Shown here piece after piece: positions 26,518-39,732 of a stretch of DNA of 64,000 nucleotides. Origin of the DNA: Octopus sinensis (taxonomy: Eukaryota); the NCBI RefSeq assembly GCF_006345805.1, contig NC_043022.1:8494001-8558000 (forward strand). The letters are read 5' to 3'. The notes beneath the pieces were generated by a model. It did no database searches and was not told where the DNA came from. It was given only the letters and a program-made list of their open reading frames with translations. Position 1 is the stretch's first letter, and each line of letters starts with the position of its first letter. Made by a program: the position numbers and the translations under genes.

Positions 26518-26603
26518 TATTCGAGACAAAACCACTATTTTGCAAAACAAACAAGGAAAGACTTAATCAATACATAAATTTTAATAAATAGTCAAAAAAA
26601 CCG

Positions 26604-26646
26604 CCACTACAATCGTTTCTTGTCTTGATCGACAATCTTCAGGTGG
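26604..26646 (-). ncRNA. Minimal type I hammerhead ribozyme motif (left arm of palindrome)
   Basis: CCAC-CTGAAGA-TTGTC-GATCAA-GACAA-GAAA-CGATTG-TA-GTGG. Canonical core, 4-bp stem I, 5-bp stem II, near-palindromic stem III, GUA triplet. Confidence 0.8.
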
Positions 26647-26706
26647 ACTTCCAATAATTCAGTGTCAAATTATGACTTCATAATTTGACACTGAATTATT
26701 GGAAGT

Positions 26707-26746
26707 CCACCTGAAGATTGTCGATCAGACAGAAAGATTGTAGTGG
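26707..26746 (+). ncRNA. Mirror hammerhead motif in right arm (three 1-nt deletions)
   Basis: CCAC-CTGAAGA-TTGTCGATCAGACA-GAAA-GATTG-TA-GTGG. Confidence 0.6.
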
Positions 26747-29700
26747 CGGTTTTTTTGACTATTTATTAAAATTTATGTATTGATTAGTCTTTCCTTGTTT
26801 GTTTTGCAAAATAGTGGTTTTGTCTCGAATAATATTTTATAATATTTTACTATAAAATCGATTTAATCCTAAATCTGATTTTTTCCCTGTAAATTTGGAT
26901 TTATTCCCTAATATTTATTATTATATATATATATATATATATCTGTTTGTGTCTGTGTTTGTACTCCACTTCACCTCTTGACAAATAGTGCTGGTTTGTT
27001 TGCATTCCCATAAGTCAATAGGTCAGCAAATCCACTAGTGTGATAACAAGATTGTGAGCTTCTGTCACAAATGGGGTCACCTAATGATAATGATGAAGGA
27101 ACAGAACATGAAGTTTTAGTTCCTATTTGCAAATATGTTTGAGTTTGTGGAATGAAGAATTATATACTCTGGAGTTCATCATTTTAATTAATAAGAATAA
27201 TCCCAAACACTACAGACAATTAATAATAATTTTCTGAGAAATAAGACTACTTAACCATGAGTTCCCTCCATTGTATTCTGTTAGACAAATTATATAAGGA
27301 AAATGTTTTAGTTAATTAAATCCATTCACTGGTATTCATCATCATCATTTAACATCCACTTTTCCATGTTTGCACTAATCAGATAGAATCTACTGAGGCA
27401 GATTTTTTACACTGGTTACCCTTCCTGTTACCAACCTTCATTTGTTTTCAAGTAAAGCTAAATTTCCTCATGGCTTGACATGTTTATAATGGGAAACTGG
27501 AAATGAACAACATTGCTCATATAATGATGATGCCCACCTAATGTCAAGACAAGGGTACGCACAAACATATTTTATATTTTATAAACATGTGAAAGACTGT
27601 GTTGTTGTTATCACTGTTACCATTGGTGTTGTTGTTATGTACCCCCAAGTTAGTCCTAACCAAACAGATCTATTATTAATGACTTTCTAGTCTTTTTTAT
27701 ATCCAAGATTTGTTAGCCTTTGGTTAATCCTCACTTTGTGAATGGAATTTGGTAGGTGGAAACTATATAGAAGCCTTATCATACAACTAATAACTTATTG
27801 GTTTTCTTAGTCTGATTAAACAAAAAAAATAGAAGAATGTGTCCGCCTTCCATGTTTTAAAACAACAGGGTGTGTTCTGAGAGATTTTGCTATTGTTTCT
27901 AGCTCTTTACTGTACTTGTACTTACAGTGGCATTCACCCAGGGTGGGTTGAACTGGCCTTGATGAATTGTTTGTTCAGAATTTCAGTGGGAATACAAGTT
28001 CACATGTGGTGCCTGGTCACATACATACACACTTTGGGATAGTGTGATCTATAGTAGTTCATTTTGCCATCAATTGTTGTCTCTTGCAGAGGATTCACTG
28101 ACCAAGTCACCACACATTATCCAAGCAGACATAACCTGGATTTGAAACAGGTTCTAGAGACATGCTTTAACAAAAGCTTAAGGATGCTTCTCTCACAGTG
28201 ATCTCCCAGTACATTGGACACCAACCCAGAATTTCTAAGGGCTTGTGCTATTGCTTGGTAGTCATTGAGCCTACATGAGGTTCATCCATCCTTTCTAGCT
28301 CTTTAAGTCACTGTGGAAAAAATTTCCCTCAATGCATTGTGAAAAAAATTAGGTGACCTTCAGAAGAGCAAAGTGAATTTAATAACATCAGATATCAAAC
28401 TAGATAGCAGATAGTAGTATGTACTGCAGCACTCAACTGTTTGTGTCAAATGTGTTACATTACAACTGTGTTATTAACCAATTAACTGTTGGGGTTTTAG
28501 GGGTTTTTTTTAAAGTAAACTAGAGGACATGCTTTTAGTTGGTTTTCTTTTCTATTCTAAAGCTAAAGAAACATAACTTCATATTAAAGAAACATAACTT
28601 CAGATTCTACATTTTTTTCTTCTGCATTATATTTCTGTAATTCACTCAGTTAGAAAGAAGAATGTAATAGTTTATATTAAAAAATAAGGATAGCTTACTT
28701 TATTTTTCTATAAAATTACAACCAACAGCTGTAAGTCATTGCATTCTCAGTTAAAAACAAACAACAACAGCTTATTAACAGAAAAACTCTTACTAGCCAA
28801 TCAACATTTTATTACTATGTTGCTACATTCCTCAATATGGTTGGCTCTCACCATTAACTCATTCATTTCTTGGTGACCATATTCACAGCAACCCATTTAA
28901 GACCACTTCTGCTCCTATGATACAAATCTGTCTGTTTTAATATTTTTCTAGATAATCTAGCTGTAGAAAATTCCATCTGACCCATGCATGCATGGAAAAG
29001 TGGATGTTAAAGCAATGATGATGATTGTGTGTGATGGAGTATTCTCAACTTCACAGCCATTCCTGTACATAAAAGGGAAAACAGGATGGTCATGGCTGGA
29101 ATGCTTTTGATTTTAAGTCTGCTTGGTCAGAGCCTGACCTAGGGCTAAGCAATAACAACATCAACAAACCAACCAGTGGATGTTCCACATAGACTGTTGA
29201 CCTCCTAGAAACAGCAACCAAATCTCCCTTAGCACACATGTTGAAGCTGACATCTGATAATTTTTTTTCTTCAATTTCTTTCTTGCCTATTGTTTGCTTT
29301 CTTTTATTTTATTCCCTTAAGGCACTGAAATCTAAACTCTTTCTAATAAACAGGCCATTGAGGGAGCTTTTATGGTCACAGAACATGCTAGAAATAGCAG
29401 CCAAATATTTATCAATTTACACCAACTGTTTTAAGCTTAGATAATGTGATCTTGGTTTCTTTGCATTAGTATCATCATCATAATTTTAATGTCCAGTTTT
29501 CCATGCTTGCATGGGTTGGATGAGGTTTATTGAGGCATATGTTCTACAGCCAGATGCTCTTCCTGTCACCAACCCTCACTTCTTTCTAAACAAAGTAATA
29601 TTTCCTTTTGGTTAAACATGTTTTTACAAAATTTAGGAAATGACTGATACTGCTTGTATGACAGAGACGTTTACAACTATTATGCTGTTAAGACAAGGTG

Positions 29701-29762
29701 ACACAAACTCATTAGCACATATAAACATACACGTTCAATATAAATACATGTGTGTTTGTGTG

Positions 29763-29814
<52 letters not shown>

Positions 29815-30891
29815 TATACACACAAACATACGTGTATGTATATTGTGCATGTACATATGTATATATATATAATGAAAAGAAGATGACAAAGAAAATTCTT
29901 TAACACGTCTTTAATTATAAGTTACAAATGTTTCTGTAGATATATAGACACATACACACACACACAAATATGCACTCACACATACATACATACATACACA
30001 CAATTGGCTTCTTTCAGTTTGTGTCCACTAAATCCACTCACAAGCCCATGGTTGGCTTAGAGTTATAGTGCAAGACACTTGCCTAAGGGAAAAGCCAAAA
30101 TTAGCTGGCTGGGAAGGAAACTACACAGCCATTCTGTACATAAAAAGGGGAAAACATGGCTGGAATGCTTTTGATTTTAAGTCTGCTTGGTCAGAGCCTG
30201 ACCTAGGGCTAAGCAATAACAACATCAACAAACCAGCCAGTGGATGTTCCACATAGACTGTTGACCTCCTAGAAACAGCAACCAAATCTCCCTTAAATTA
30301 CATTCTATTGTCTTAAGAATCTAAGTGACATTAATTAATGTATATCTAGTTGCACTGTGCTATCAACTAATTCATGTTGATAGCACATTGTAATCCTCTC
30401 CACTCTCTCTCCAGACAGCTAATGAGGTGGACATGTTTTATGCCCATGAAACTTTAACTAACATGCAACTGGCTCAAACTGTTATTTTATATATATATAC
30501 ATACATATGTTAATGTGTGTGTACACATACATATTCACATACACTTGCACACAGTAAGACTGCAATATAAAAAGACATTGTAAATTCAGTGTAATTTCTA
30601 CTTCTCTTTGTCTTATTGTATATCATTACCTTCTCTTTGATAAATGGTACAACCCGAAAATGTTAGCTTCCCTTGTGTTTCCTTCATTAAATTTTCATTG
30701 TACACATTCTTCTATTGTTGTTGTTTCATCTTCTATTTCATACTCTTTTCCTGCTATGTGTTTTATGCATTTTGTTTGTCTGACTTTGTCTTATGTTTTT
30801 GTCCTCTCTTTACCTCATAACATTGTTATATTTTTTGTCTTTTTCATCTACCTATATCATCATATATATATACTTGCATGCATATATGTGC

Positions 30892-30936
<45 letters not shown>

Positions 30937-32689
30937 TACATGCATGTATATATACATACACACCCATGCATATATATATGTAAATATATATGTACATGAG
31001 TGCATAACCATGCATAGTCATATATATGTGTGTGTTGATTTATGCATATATAATAATCAACAGACTGTAAATTTTGTCTAAAAGAATAGAGACCTCTCAC
31101 ATGTCTCCCCCTTTCTTTTGGAGTATTGAAATATATATATATACTAATAATTGAACTACTGTGACCTCTCATCTCTCATTATGAAGTTGCATCATTGCAT
31201 GAATCATCGGAAGAAAGTAACAGAGGTGATGGTTACAGTGATGGTGTAATGAATGGGGCAGCAGTACTGAAATCTCTATCATTCTTTTACATCATTGCTG
31301 AGTGAGAAGAATGAAAATGAAATGCATTAGTAGTGAAATGAATTGTATTGAGTTGTGTTAGAAAAGTAACACAGTTTATCAATTATGATAATTGGAAGAT
31401 TGGTGAGAGTAGTGGATTGGGAGGAACATAAATGCATCATTATCATTATTCAATGTCCATGTTTTATACTGACTTGTGTTGGATGGTTTGACAGGATCTG
31501 GTGGGACCAAGGACTGTATTGTGCTCTGGTGTCTAATTTTGGCATGATTCCTATGGCTGGATGCCCTTCTTAATGCCAACCAAGATAAAATGTCTTGATG
31601 TATTATTTTGCTACCTTAGCCTTTTATCCTTCTGGGGTGGGAGCTAGGTGATGATAACAGTGAAGAGGATGATGGAGGTGATGGTGATAGTGCTAATGAA
31701 CATGATGATAATGATGAGGTTCATGATAGCAATAGTGGTGATGATGATGATGAAATAAAGATGATAGTTGTGACAATGACTGTGGTACTGGTGGTAATGC
31801 TGTCGTTGTTGCTGGTGGTAACAACATTAGGTGGTGGTATAAGATTTGATGGAGATTTGACTGCTATTTCTAGCTAGCTTGCCAAAGGAACAAATACAAA
31901 TATTTGATGATAAAATATAATAAATTTAGTACTAATGATAGGAAATTCTCCCAAAACATGGATTAAAATATTAATTAGAAAACATACCTGTTCTAATACA
32001 AATCTAATATTTCTCAATATCCACTGATATTTATCATGACTGTTCTAATTTTAGCATCTCTCTAAGCTAATATATGTGTTTGCTCAGTTTGTTGTCCTAT
32101 TAATTTGTCTTCCAGTTTTCTTAATGATAAAATATATTAAATCGCAGCTTGCCATTAGCTGAAAAGGACAAAAGGCTGTCAGTGTTTTCAGCTGACTGGT
32201 TGACAAACAGTGTAATGTATTCTGGTGCTGAACATATGTCTTCGGCTACAGACACTTGACTCTTACAATTCTAATTAAATATACATATACATACATATAT
32301 ATAAAGAGGCATACCTAAACTTATGTCCTTTTGCGTTGCATTTTTGTTTTTTACTTTTCATTACTTTTCATCATTCTTTTGAAGAAATTAATGGAAAAAT
32401 ATAAACCTCAGCTTTAGTCAATTTATCCAACTTTACAGTGATCTCAATGTGCATATTTAGAAGTATAAATTAAAAAAACAAAATCCCAAACTATACCAAT
32501 ACAAAAATATACTTGAAAATATATAAAAACCATTTAGTTGAGTGGGGTATAGTACGTTTGTGTGTGTGTTTGTGTGGATATATATATATATATATATATA
32601 AGGGAAAGTTTACGAAAATAAACAAAAGACGAAGGCAGGTGGAGTACAAACAAACAAATGTATTAGTATAGCGCTCAGGAATAGAAAAG

Positions 32690-32727
32690 TCTTTTACGTT
32701 TCGAGCCTATGCTCTTCGACAGAAAGA
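32690..32727 (-). ncRNA. Hammerhead-like motif with variant core in a ~190-bp insert between (TA)n tracts (32601-32794)
   Basis: TCTTT-CTGTCGA-A-GAGC-ATAG-GCTC-GAAA-CGT-A-AAAGA. 5-bp stem I, 4-bp stem II, ACGT palindrome, GUA triplet; the core is CUGUCGA instead of CUGANGA. Confidence 0.65.
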
Positions 32728-33904
32728 TACACAGAAAAAAACAAGGAGAGAAAGAAGGAGAGAAAAAAATGCGTGTAGGAGCTAACGATCTATCATATAT
32801 ATATATAGATAGATAGATAAACAGATATAAGCATGTATCTTCTCTAGCCTTGGGCTAACCAATGACTTTTGAGTGAATTTTATAGAAACTGTGTGGAAGT
32901 CTGTCATATATATATATGTCTGTGTTTTTGCACTTATGTTTGTCCTCACTACTAATTGACAATCGGTGTTAGTTTGTTTATATCCCTGTAATCTAGTGGT
33001 TTGGCAAAAGAGACTGGCAAAATAAGTACCAGGCTTAAAAAATATGTACAGGGAACAATCTGTTGAACTAAAACCCATCAAGACAGTTCCCCAACAGGGC
33101 TGCAGTCCAATGAAAAAATAAAATTAAAGTGAAAAACTAAGTAAATGAGAGATAAAGGGAAACAAGTGAGGAAAAAAAAAAGATAATGTATCAATATTTT
33201 ACATACAGCTTTCAATTTTCTGCTTTAAATTTTGAAGTGTGTTGGAAGAAACTGGTTAATTTTAACTGTTTTGAAAAACCTTGTTCAAAACTGGATTTTT
33301 ACAGCATACATGGTGCAGTCACTTCACATGTTAGAAATCATGGCTAAATTTCCCTGAAACCATACTCTACCCATCTACAAAAACAGCAAAAGACAAATTT
33401 GGATTACCATGTTTTCTGGTTCTGAAGAAATGCCATCCTTTAAGATTCAACACAATTTTTGCTTTAAAACCTTGAAACCCATCCATCAATTTTTTTTTTT
33501 TTTTTGCTCACTATTCCTGGTAAAGTCATGGGAATACGGTTTTCAGTCACTGTCTTCATAGCGTCGAATGAGAAGCAACTGTCATAATGCTTTGCTGCTG
33601 GATTCCCAAGCACAACCAACTGAGTCTATGGATATTATCCAACTATCTCATTCTTGGCCTAATGTTAGGATCCTGTTAGTTGGCTTGACTTGAATAATTC
33701 ATCTTGCTGTTCTTTCCTGCACCTTCTTGAAAGAAGTAAACATCAAACCTTGGTACTTTCACCTATTTTACCAAGATGTTTAGTTAGTGCCTCAAAGGCA
33801 TGTATTGATACCTTATAATCAACAATTATCTTTTACTTTTACAGCTGTGCTAGGTAAACCCACCTCTGGGGTTAAAATTGATGTTTAAAAAAAATGTAGT
33901 GTTC

Positions 33905-34203
33905 ATTCTCTTGGGTGCACCATTTGAGCGGGATCGTTACCAGCATTGCCTTACTGGCATGTGTAAAAAAAAAAAAATTGAGCGAGGTCATTGCCAGTAT
34001 GCCTGACTGGCCCCCATGCCGGTGGCACGTAAAAGCACCCACTACACTCCCGGAGTGGTTGGCGTTAGGAAGGGCATCCAGCTGTAGAAACTCTGCCAGA
34101 TCAAGACTGGAGGCTGGTGCAGCCATCCAGTTCGCCAGCCCACAGTCGAACCGTCCAACCCATGCTAGCATGGAAAGCGGACGTTAAACGACGATGATGA
34201 TGA
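33905..34203 (+). mobile_element. SINE/short retroposon family D, young copy with (GAT)n tail (decayed copies ~16277, 17150, 31437, 35207, 56240, 58850)
   Basis: GTGGTTGGCGTTAGGAAGGGCATCCAGCTGTAGAAAC...CCGTCCAACCCATGCTAGCATGGAAAGCGGACGTTAAACGACGATGATGATG, CpG-rich. Confidence 0.85.
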
Positions 34204-34877
34204 TTTTAAGAAAAAAACAAAAAGCATCTTTGACACAAGTAAACATGGTATGTGTTTGTAGCTGTTCAAAAAAAGATAGGAGGGTCTCTGCTGGAAAGTT
34301 TTTTACTATGTGTTTGATCATTGAAGGTTAGCCTATGGATAAACAATTCAATGAGCACGTTTGTTTCTGCCTGTTTAATCACTTGGACATAGCAACCAGA
34401 TTTCCTTTAAATCAAACCGTATCATTTTTTATTACAGAAATAGAAAAGATTATATAATAAATATTAGTAATGGATGCACAACACCAACAAATAGAATGCT
34501 TACCACAGGAACACCTTAATCATAGTACTTGCTTGATCAGGGCTGACCTTCAGTAAATCATAAAACATTAAAATTCTGTTACTATTTGACATCTAATTTT
34601 CCAAGTCTGAATGGATTTACTGATTTACTGTTAGTAGTGGAGTCTGTATATTTTCTATATATTTCTTTCTTTCTTTTTATTGCAATGTAGTAGATTTTTA
34701 TCAGTGCAGGAATGGCTGTGTGGTTAAGAAGCTTACTTTGAAACCACATGTTTTCGGATTCAGTTCCACATGTCACCTTAGGCAAGTGTTTTCTACTAAT
34801 AACTCTGGATTGACCAATTCCTTGTGAGTGAATTTGGCAGATAGAAACTGTGTGAGATCCCTAGACTATATATACAT

Positions 34878-34915
<38 letters not shown>

Positions 34916-36854
34916 GTGTGTTCATATTTGTTCTCCACCCAGCTGCTTGACAACTGGTATTGTTTTGATTTCCACCCTTTTAGTGATTTGGCAAAGGAGA
35001 AAGAAAAAATAAATACTTATCTTAGAAAGAAGTATTGGAGTCAGTTTGTTTTGCTAAAGCCTTCAGGATGCTGCTCCAGCATGGCTACATTCTAATGACC
35101 AAAACAAATAAAAGATATAGTACTTGACTGGTACTTTATTTTATCAGAATAAAAGGATAAAAGGCCAAGTTTGCATTGGTAGGGTTCGAAATCAGAAATC
35201 AAGAGATCATCATCATTTAATCCATTTGTCCATACTGGCATTGGCTGAATGGTTTGATGGGATCCAATGAGCCATAGGACTGTATCAAGTCCTAGTGTCA
35301 GCTTTGGCATGGTTTCTTCAGCTGGATGCCTTTCCCAATGCCAACAGTTTTACAGAATGTAATGGGTGCTTTTTTTAAAGGCCACCAACACGAGTGAGGT
35401 TCTCAAGTAACTTGCAAGACATGAGGCGGAAAAAGCCCCTTCAACTGAGTGACAGCAAAGGAGATGGTTTTATGGTAGGTGTTAGAAGGCTAGAAGTTTT
35501 CTGCTATATTAAAACAGCAATAAAACAAATTAAGTCCCCTCTTCTCCATATCAGTTCTCATTCATAATTCTTGCCCCTCCTAGATGGTTTGTTTACCATG
35601 AGGGCTATATGTTGTGTTAGGGTTAGACACTTTATTTCGCATTGCTCCTGTTTACTCAGCTGTAGAAATTAGTTGACATCACTGGTGCCAAGTTGTATCA
35701 GCCTTTGCCTTTCCCTTGGATAACATCAGTGGAATGGAGAGGGGAGGCTGGTATACATGGGCGACTGCTGGTCTTCCACAAAATAGACAACTTTGTCCAG
35801 ACTTGTACCTTGGAGGGGAACTTTCTAGGTGCAATTTTATAGTCATTCATGATCAGAGGAGGTCTTTTTACATAAAAAATGAATGCTTTTTCCATAATAT
35901 TTTATTTCAGAAGCCACAATCTTTTCCTTACTTATACAATATGCAAAAGAGATTCATATGTTACTGTCTTCTCAATTTGTTTCTGAACACACTCATTAGT
36001 TTAATACGAAACACAAAGAATCTTTCAACAACATTTCATTTCAAAAGCCACAATCTTTTTCTCATTTATATGAATTAATAAGGAACAAAATAACCATAGT
36101 TTGTTTCATGTCTTATGTGGTTGACTATACCAAAATACTGCAGTGTTTTAAGTACTACAGTCAAATTCATATCACTTTATTCTGACAATCGCTAAAGCTA
36201 ATGATATAATTGGAAGACATCTTTCTCTGGGCTACTTGTTCAGTTTCTTCTTTTTGGTTTTTTAAAATATATAAATTTCCAAGTCCAGTTTTAATTTTAT
36301 TTTGATTAATTGTCATTGAATAAGCTAAAAATGAGAAAAGTTCATTTAATCAACATCGAGAACTCGTTTTACTAAACAATATACAGCAGCCCATATTTTT
36401 TTTTTTTTTGCTTTTTCTGTGATCAATTGTCATATTTGACTGGATCAAGAATATCACTCTAATTCAAAGTTGACTTTTCAATTCATGGTAATATTTTAAA
36501 TACGTTTAAGAAGTCTAATAAACTGGAGATTAACTTCATAGTAATCAGTGAGGATTATTTTCTCATTCTGTAACCATAACTATAGGAATTCTACTGCAAA
36601 CATAAAAATAAATAAAGTAAAAACAGACAATGCAATTGACTCATGTGACATTTGGTTTTTACAGCCATTTTACAGCTATTTTCTCATGTCTAAGTTCTTT
36701 ATTTCCATCCTACAAACACTCTCACAATATCAGTTGCTCTATTAAGCTTGGAGAGCAGAGTTTCTGCTGCTATGTATCGTGTTTGTATGAAACTGCTGTT
36801 ACATGCATATCTGCTGGTATGTGTGTGTGTGTGTGTGTGTGTGTGTATAATATA

Positions 36855-37233
36855 GGTGCAGGTGTGGCTGTGTGGTAAGAAGCTTGCTTCCCAATCACAT
36901 GGTTCTGGTTTCAGTTCACTGTGTGGCACCTTGGGCAAATATGTTCTGTTATAACCTCAGGTCAGCCAAAGTCTTGTGAGTGGATTTGGTAAATGAAAAC
37001 TGAAAGAAGCCCATCATATATGTGTGTGTTTGTCCCCCACCACTGCTTGATAACTGCCGTTTGTGTTTACGTACCCATAACTTAGCAGTTCAGCAAAAAG
37101 AGACTGATAGAATAAGTACCAGGTTTAAAAGAAATAAGTATTGGTGTCGATTGATTTAACTAAAAATTCTACAAGGTGGTGCCCTAGCATGGCCACAGTC
37201 TAATGACTGAAACATGTAAAAGATAAAAGATAA
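36855..37233 (+). mobile_element. SINE family B, full length
   Basis: GGTGCAGGTGTGGCTGTGTGGTAAGAAGCTTGCTTCCCAA...GCATGGCCACAGTCTAATGACTGAAAC..GTAAAAGATAAAAGAT. Confidence 0.88.
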
Positions 37234-37329
37234 AATACACACACACACACACACACATTTTATTTTTGCACAAATCGGATGACAGTAACCAATATGGCTC
37301 TATGTGATTTGAGGCAAAGATGGAAAATT

Positions 37330-38290
37330 ATATAACAATTGATTCCATTCAAGTTCAACAATGTGAATTAGGAGATGCCTTGTCGTTTTTGTCAGCATAC
37401 AGAACAATATTGAAATCCTTTAAAGCTTCTGTTACAATAGCTGTTCTGAATCTCTGTATTTAGGTATTGTATTGGTGCAAGTCATCTTGTATGACTTTCA
37501 AAATCTTACCAATTAAATTTGTATGCCTTAGACTTTTCTGAAGCTCATTATCTGTCATAGAAGTAAATTTGAGCAAACTCTGGATTGTTATCATTTGGAT
37601 GTAATGATCCAATCATATGACAAACTTTTCCCTGCACCTTAAACATAGGGCTAAATCCCGGGGCTCCAATTTATCTGCCACCTGGAGAAGTAATTGTCAG
37701 CTCATTGTTATATCTTTCATCTTTTATTTGTTACAGTCATTTGACTTTGGCCATGCTGGGGTACCACCTTGATGAATATTTTCAGTTGAATGAATCACTC
37801 AATCTCAGTACTTATTTTTTTAAAACCTGGTACTTATTCTGTTAGTCTATTTTGCTAAACCACTAACTTACAGGTATGTAAACAAACTAACACTGGTTGT
37901 CAAGTGAAGATGGTGGACACACACACACACAATGGGCTTCTCTTCAGTTTCCATCTATCAAATCCACTCACAAGGCTTTGATCAGCCGAATGCCATAGTA
38001 AAAGACACTTGCCCAAGGTGCCATGCAGTGGAGCTGAGCCTGGAACCATGTGGTTGGGGACCTCTTACCACACAGCCACACTTGCATCACGCTTAAATGT
38101 ACATTTTCCAGGAAACTGTTTGCTGTATGAGCAACATCAAAATGCCTAAGGATATTTGGTGAAAGATGTAGTTTGTCCAATTTTACCTTCCCACAAAGCA
38201 ACAGATATTTCAATTCAGTAGGTCATCTGGAAGCTTTGTAGCATGAACACACATTGTCAAAGAACAAAGAGACTCCCTATATTATGTGGG
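37330..38290 (-). mobile_element. Helitron Rep/helicase N-terminal pseudogene fragment, interrupted by a family-B SINE (~37712-38085)
   Basis: Minus-strand translations DNVCSCYKASR*PTE..LLCGKVKLDKL..SFLENVH (38290-38095) and GFSPMFKVQGKVCHMIGSLHP..PEFAQIYFYD / DNELQ..QYNT*IQRFRTA..DFNIVLYADK (37660-37385). These match, in order, the Helitron CC..GKV.L, FKIQG.VYH.IGSL.P and FAQIYFYD motifs. Confidence 0.85.
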
Positions 38291-39701
38291 TGTCTAAGAG
38301 ACAGGACAGTCCATTCTTGAAAGTCTTTTTTTCTATCTATTCTCCTGTAGTATATATTCATTGGTGTATCAGCATCCTGTTTGTTCACACTGCTTTTACT
38401 GTTAATATCTCATTACTATTTGTATAAGATCTTTGTCTGCATATCCTATCCATTTGACAACAATTATCAGTTGGCAAAATATTCACAGACTATGAAAGCT
38501 AACCCAATGCATTGTTTTGAAATAGATTATTCTCTTCTAGAGATACCCTTGACAGTCTGTTATTTGTAACAGAATCAGAATCATATATTCTACCCCTACA
38601 TGCATATTCAGACAATTGTTTTGCCTTAGTTCTCTCTTATTCAATTGCCTTTCTTTTCCTTTGCTACCAACCACTCAGATTTAGGCATATTTTTTTTTGG
38701 GGGGGGGGGATGATACATGTTGAATTAAATAATTCTAATGTGGAAACAAACAGTACAGTATGTATATTGTATGTAGACTATGTGGTTTTGGGTTCAGTCC
38801 CACTGTGTGGCACCTTAGGCAAGTGTCTTCTACCATAATCTTAGGCCAACCAAAATCTTGTGGGTAGATTTAGTTGATACAAACTGAACTGAAAGAAGCC
38901 CATCCTGACTATATTATCAAACAAGTCCTTTTTAAGGCAGTCATATGTGATGTAAAGGAGATTTGGCATAACAATACCAAATCTAATTTGGTTTCTAATT
39001 GGTATAACAATACCATAGATGCAATTTAAGTTGTGACTAATCCATTATTTCAAACACCTGTATCTATGTCCTTCATCTTTCTTAAGCATGTGATTTCATG
39101 GAAATTTGGCTGCTATTTCTTGCAAGCCATATAACCATATAGAATTTCCTTTATTGGCCCTTTTCAAAAGCTGTTGTTGAGCCTTCATTTCAGCTTTAAT
39201 CAGATAGATTTCTGATCAAATGCAATCCAGTCATAACTGACTTGTCTTTTTGTACATCTATGACTACATTATTTAATGTGTTCTTCCTTTTTTAAAGACA
39301 GTACTGTGTGATATGAGAGGGATTTGGCTGCTATTTCTAGCCAGTCCAACAATAAATTACGTAAAATTTGAATGCTTTAGTTCATTGACTCTAGTTTAGC
39401 GGCTGGCAGAGTCATACAAACCATGATATAAGTTATTAAATTGACCAGATAGAAACTTGCCATTTTTTAATATAATATTAAATTTAAAAATAAAAAAAAA
39501 AATTCACAATTTAAAAATGTATATAGAGGTATAAATACATGCAAATTCAGCATTTTATCATGGTTTTATTGTTTTAGTGAAATTACATTTATAAATGCCA
39601 TACATAAATACTTTTACAATTTATTTCTAGAAATGCAATAAAAATTCAATTTTATTTGTTAAGTTGATAAAATAGTTTTGGTGGTGGTGATGATGATGAT
39701 G

Positions 39702-39732
<31 letters not shown>

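Larger units (their letters stand above)
26508..26841. repeat. Near-perfect palindrome (arms 26508-26675 and 26678-26841, 2-nt spacer) inserted in the (TA)n tract of a family-B SINE
   Basis: Arms are reverse complements except for four single-base deletions in the right arm. Centre ...CAAATTATGA|CT|TCATAATTTG... Confidence 0.95.
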
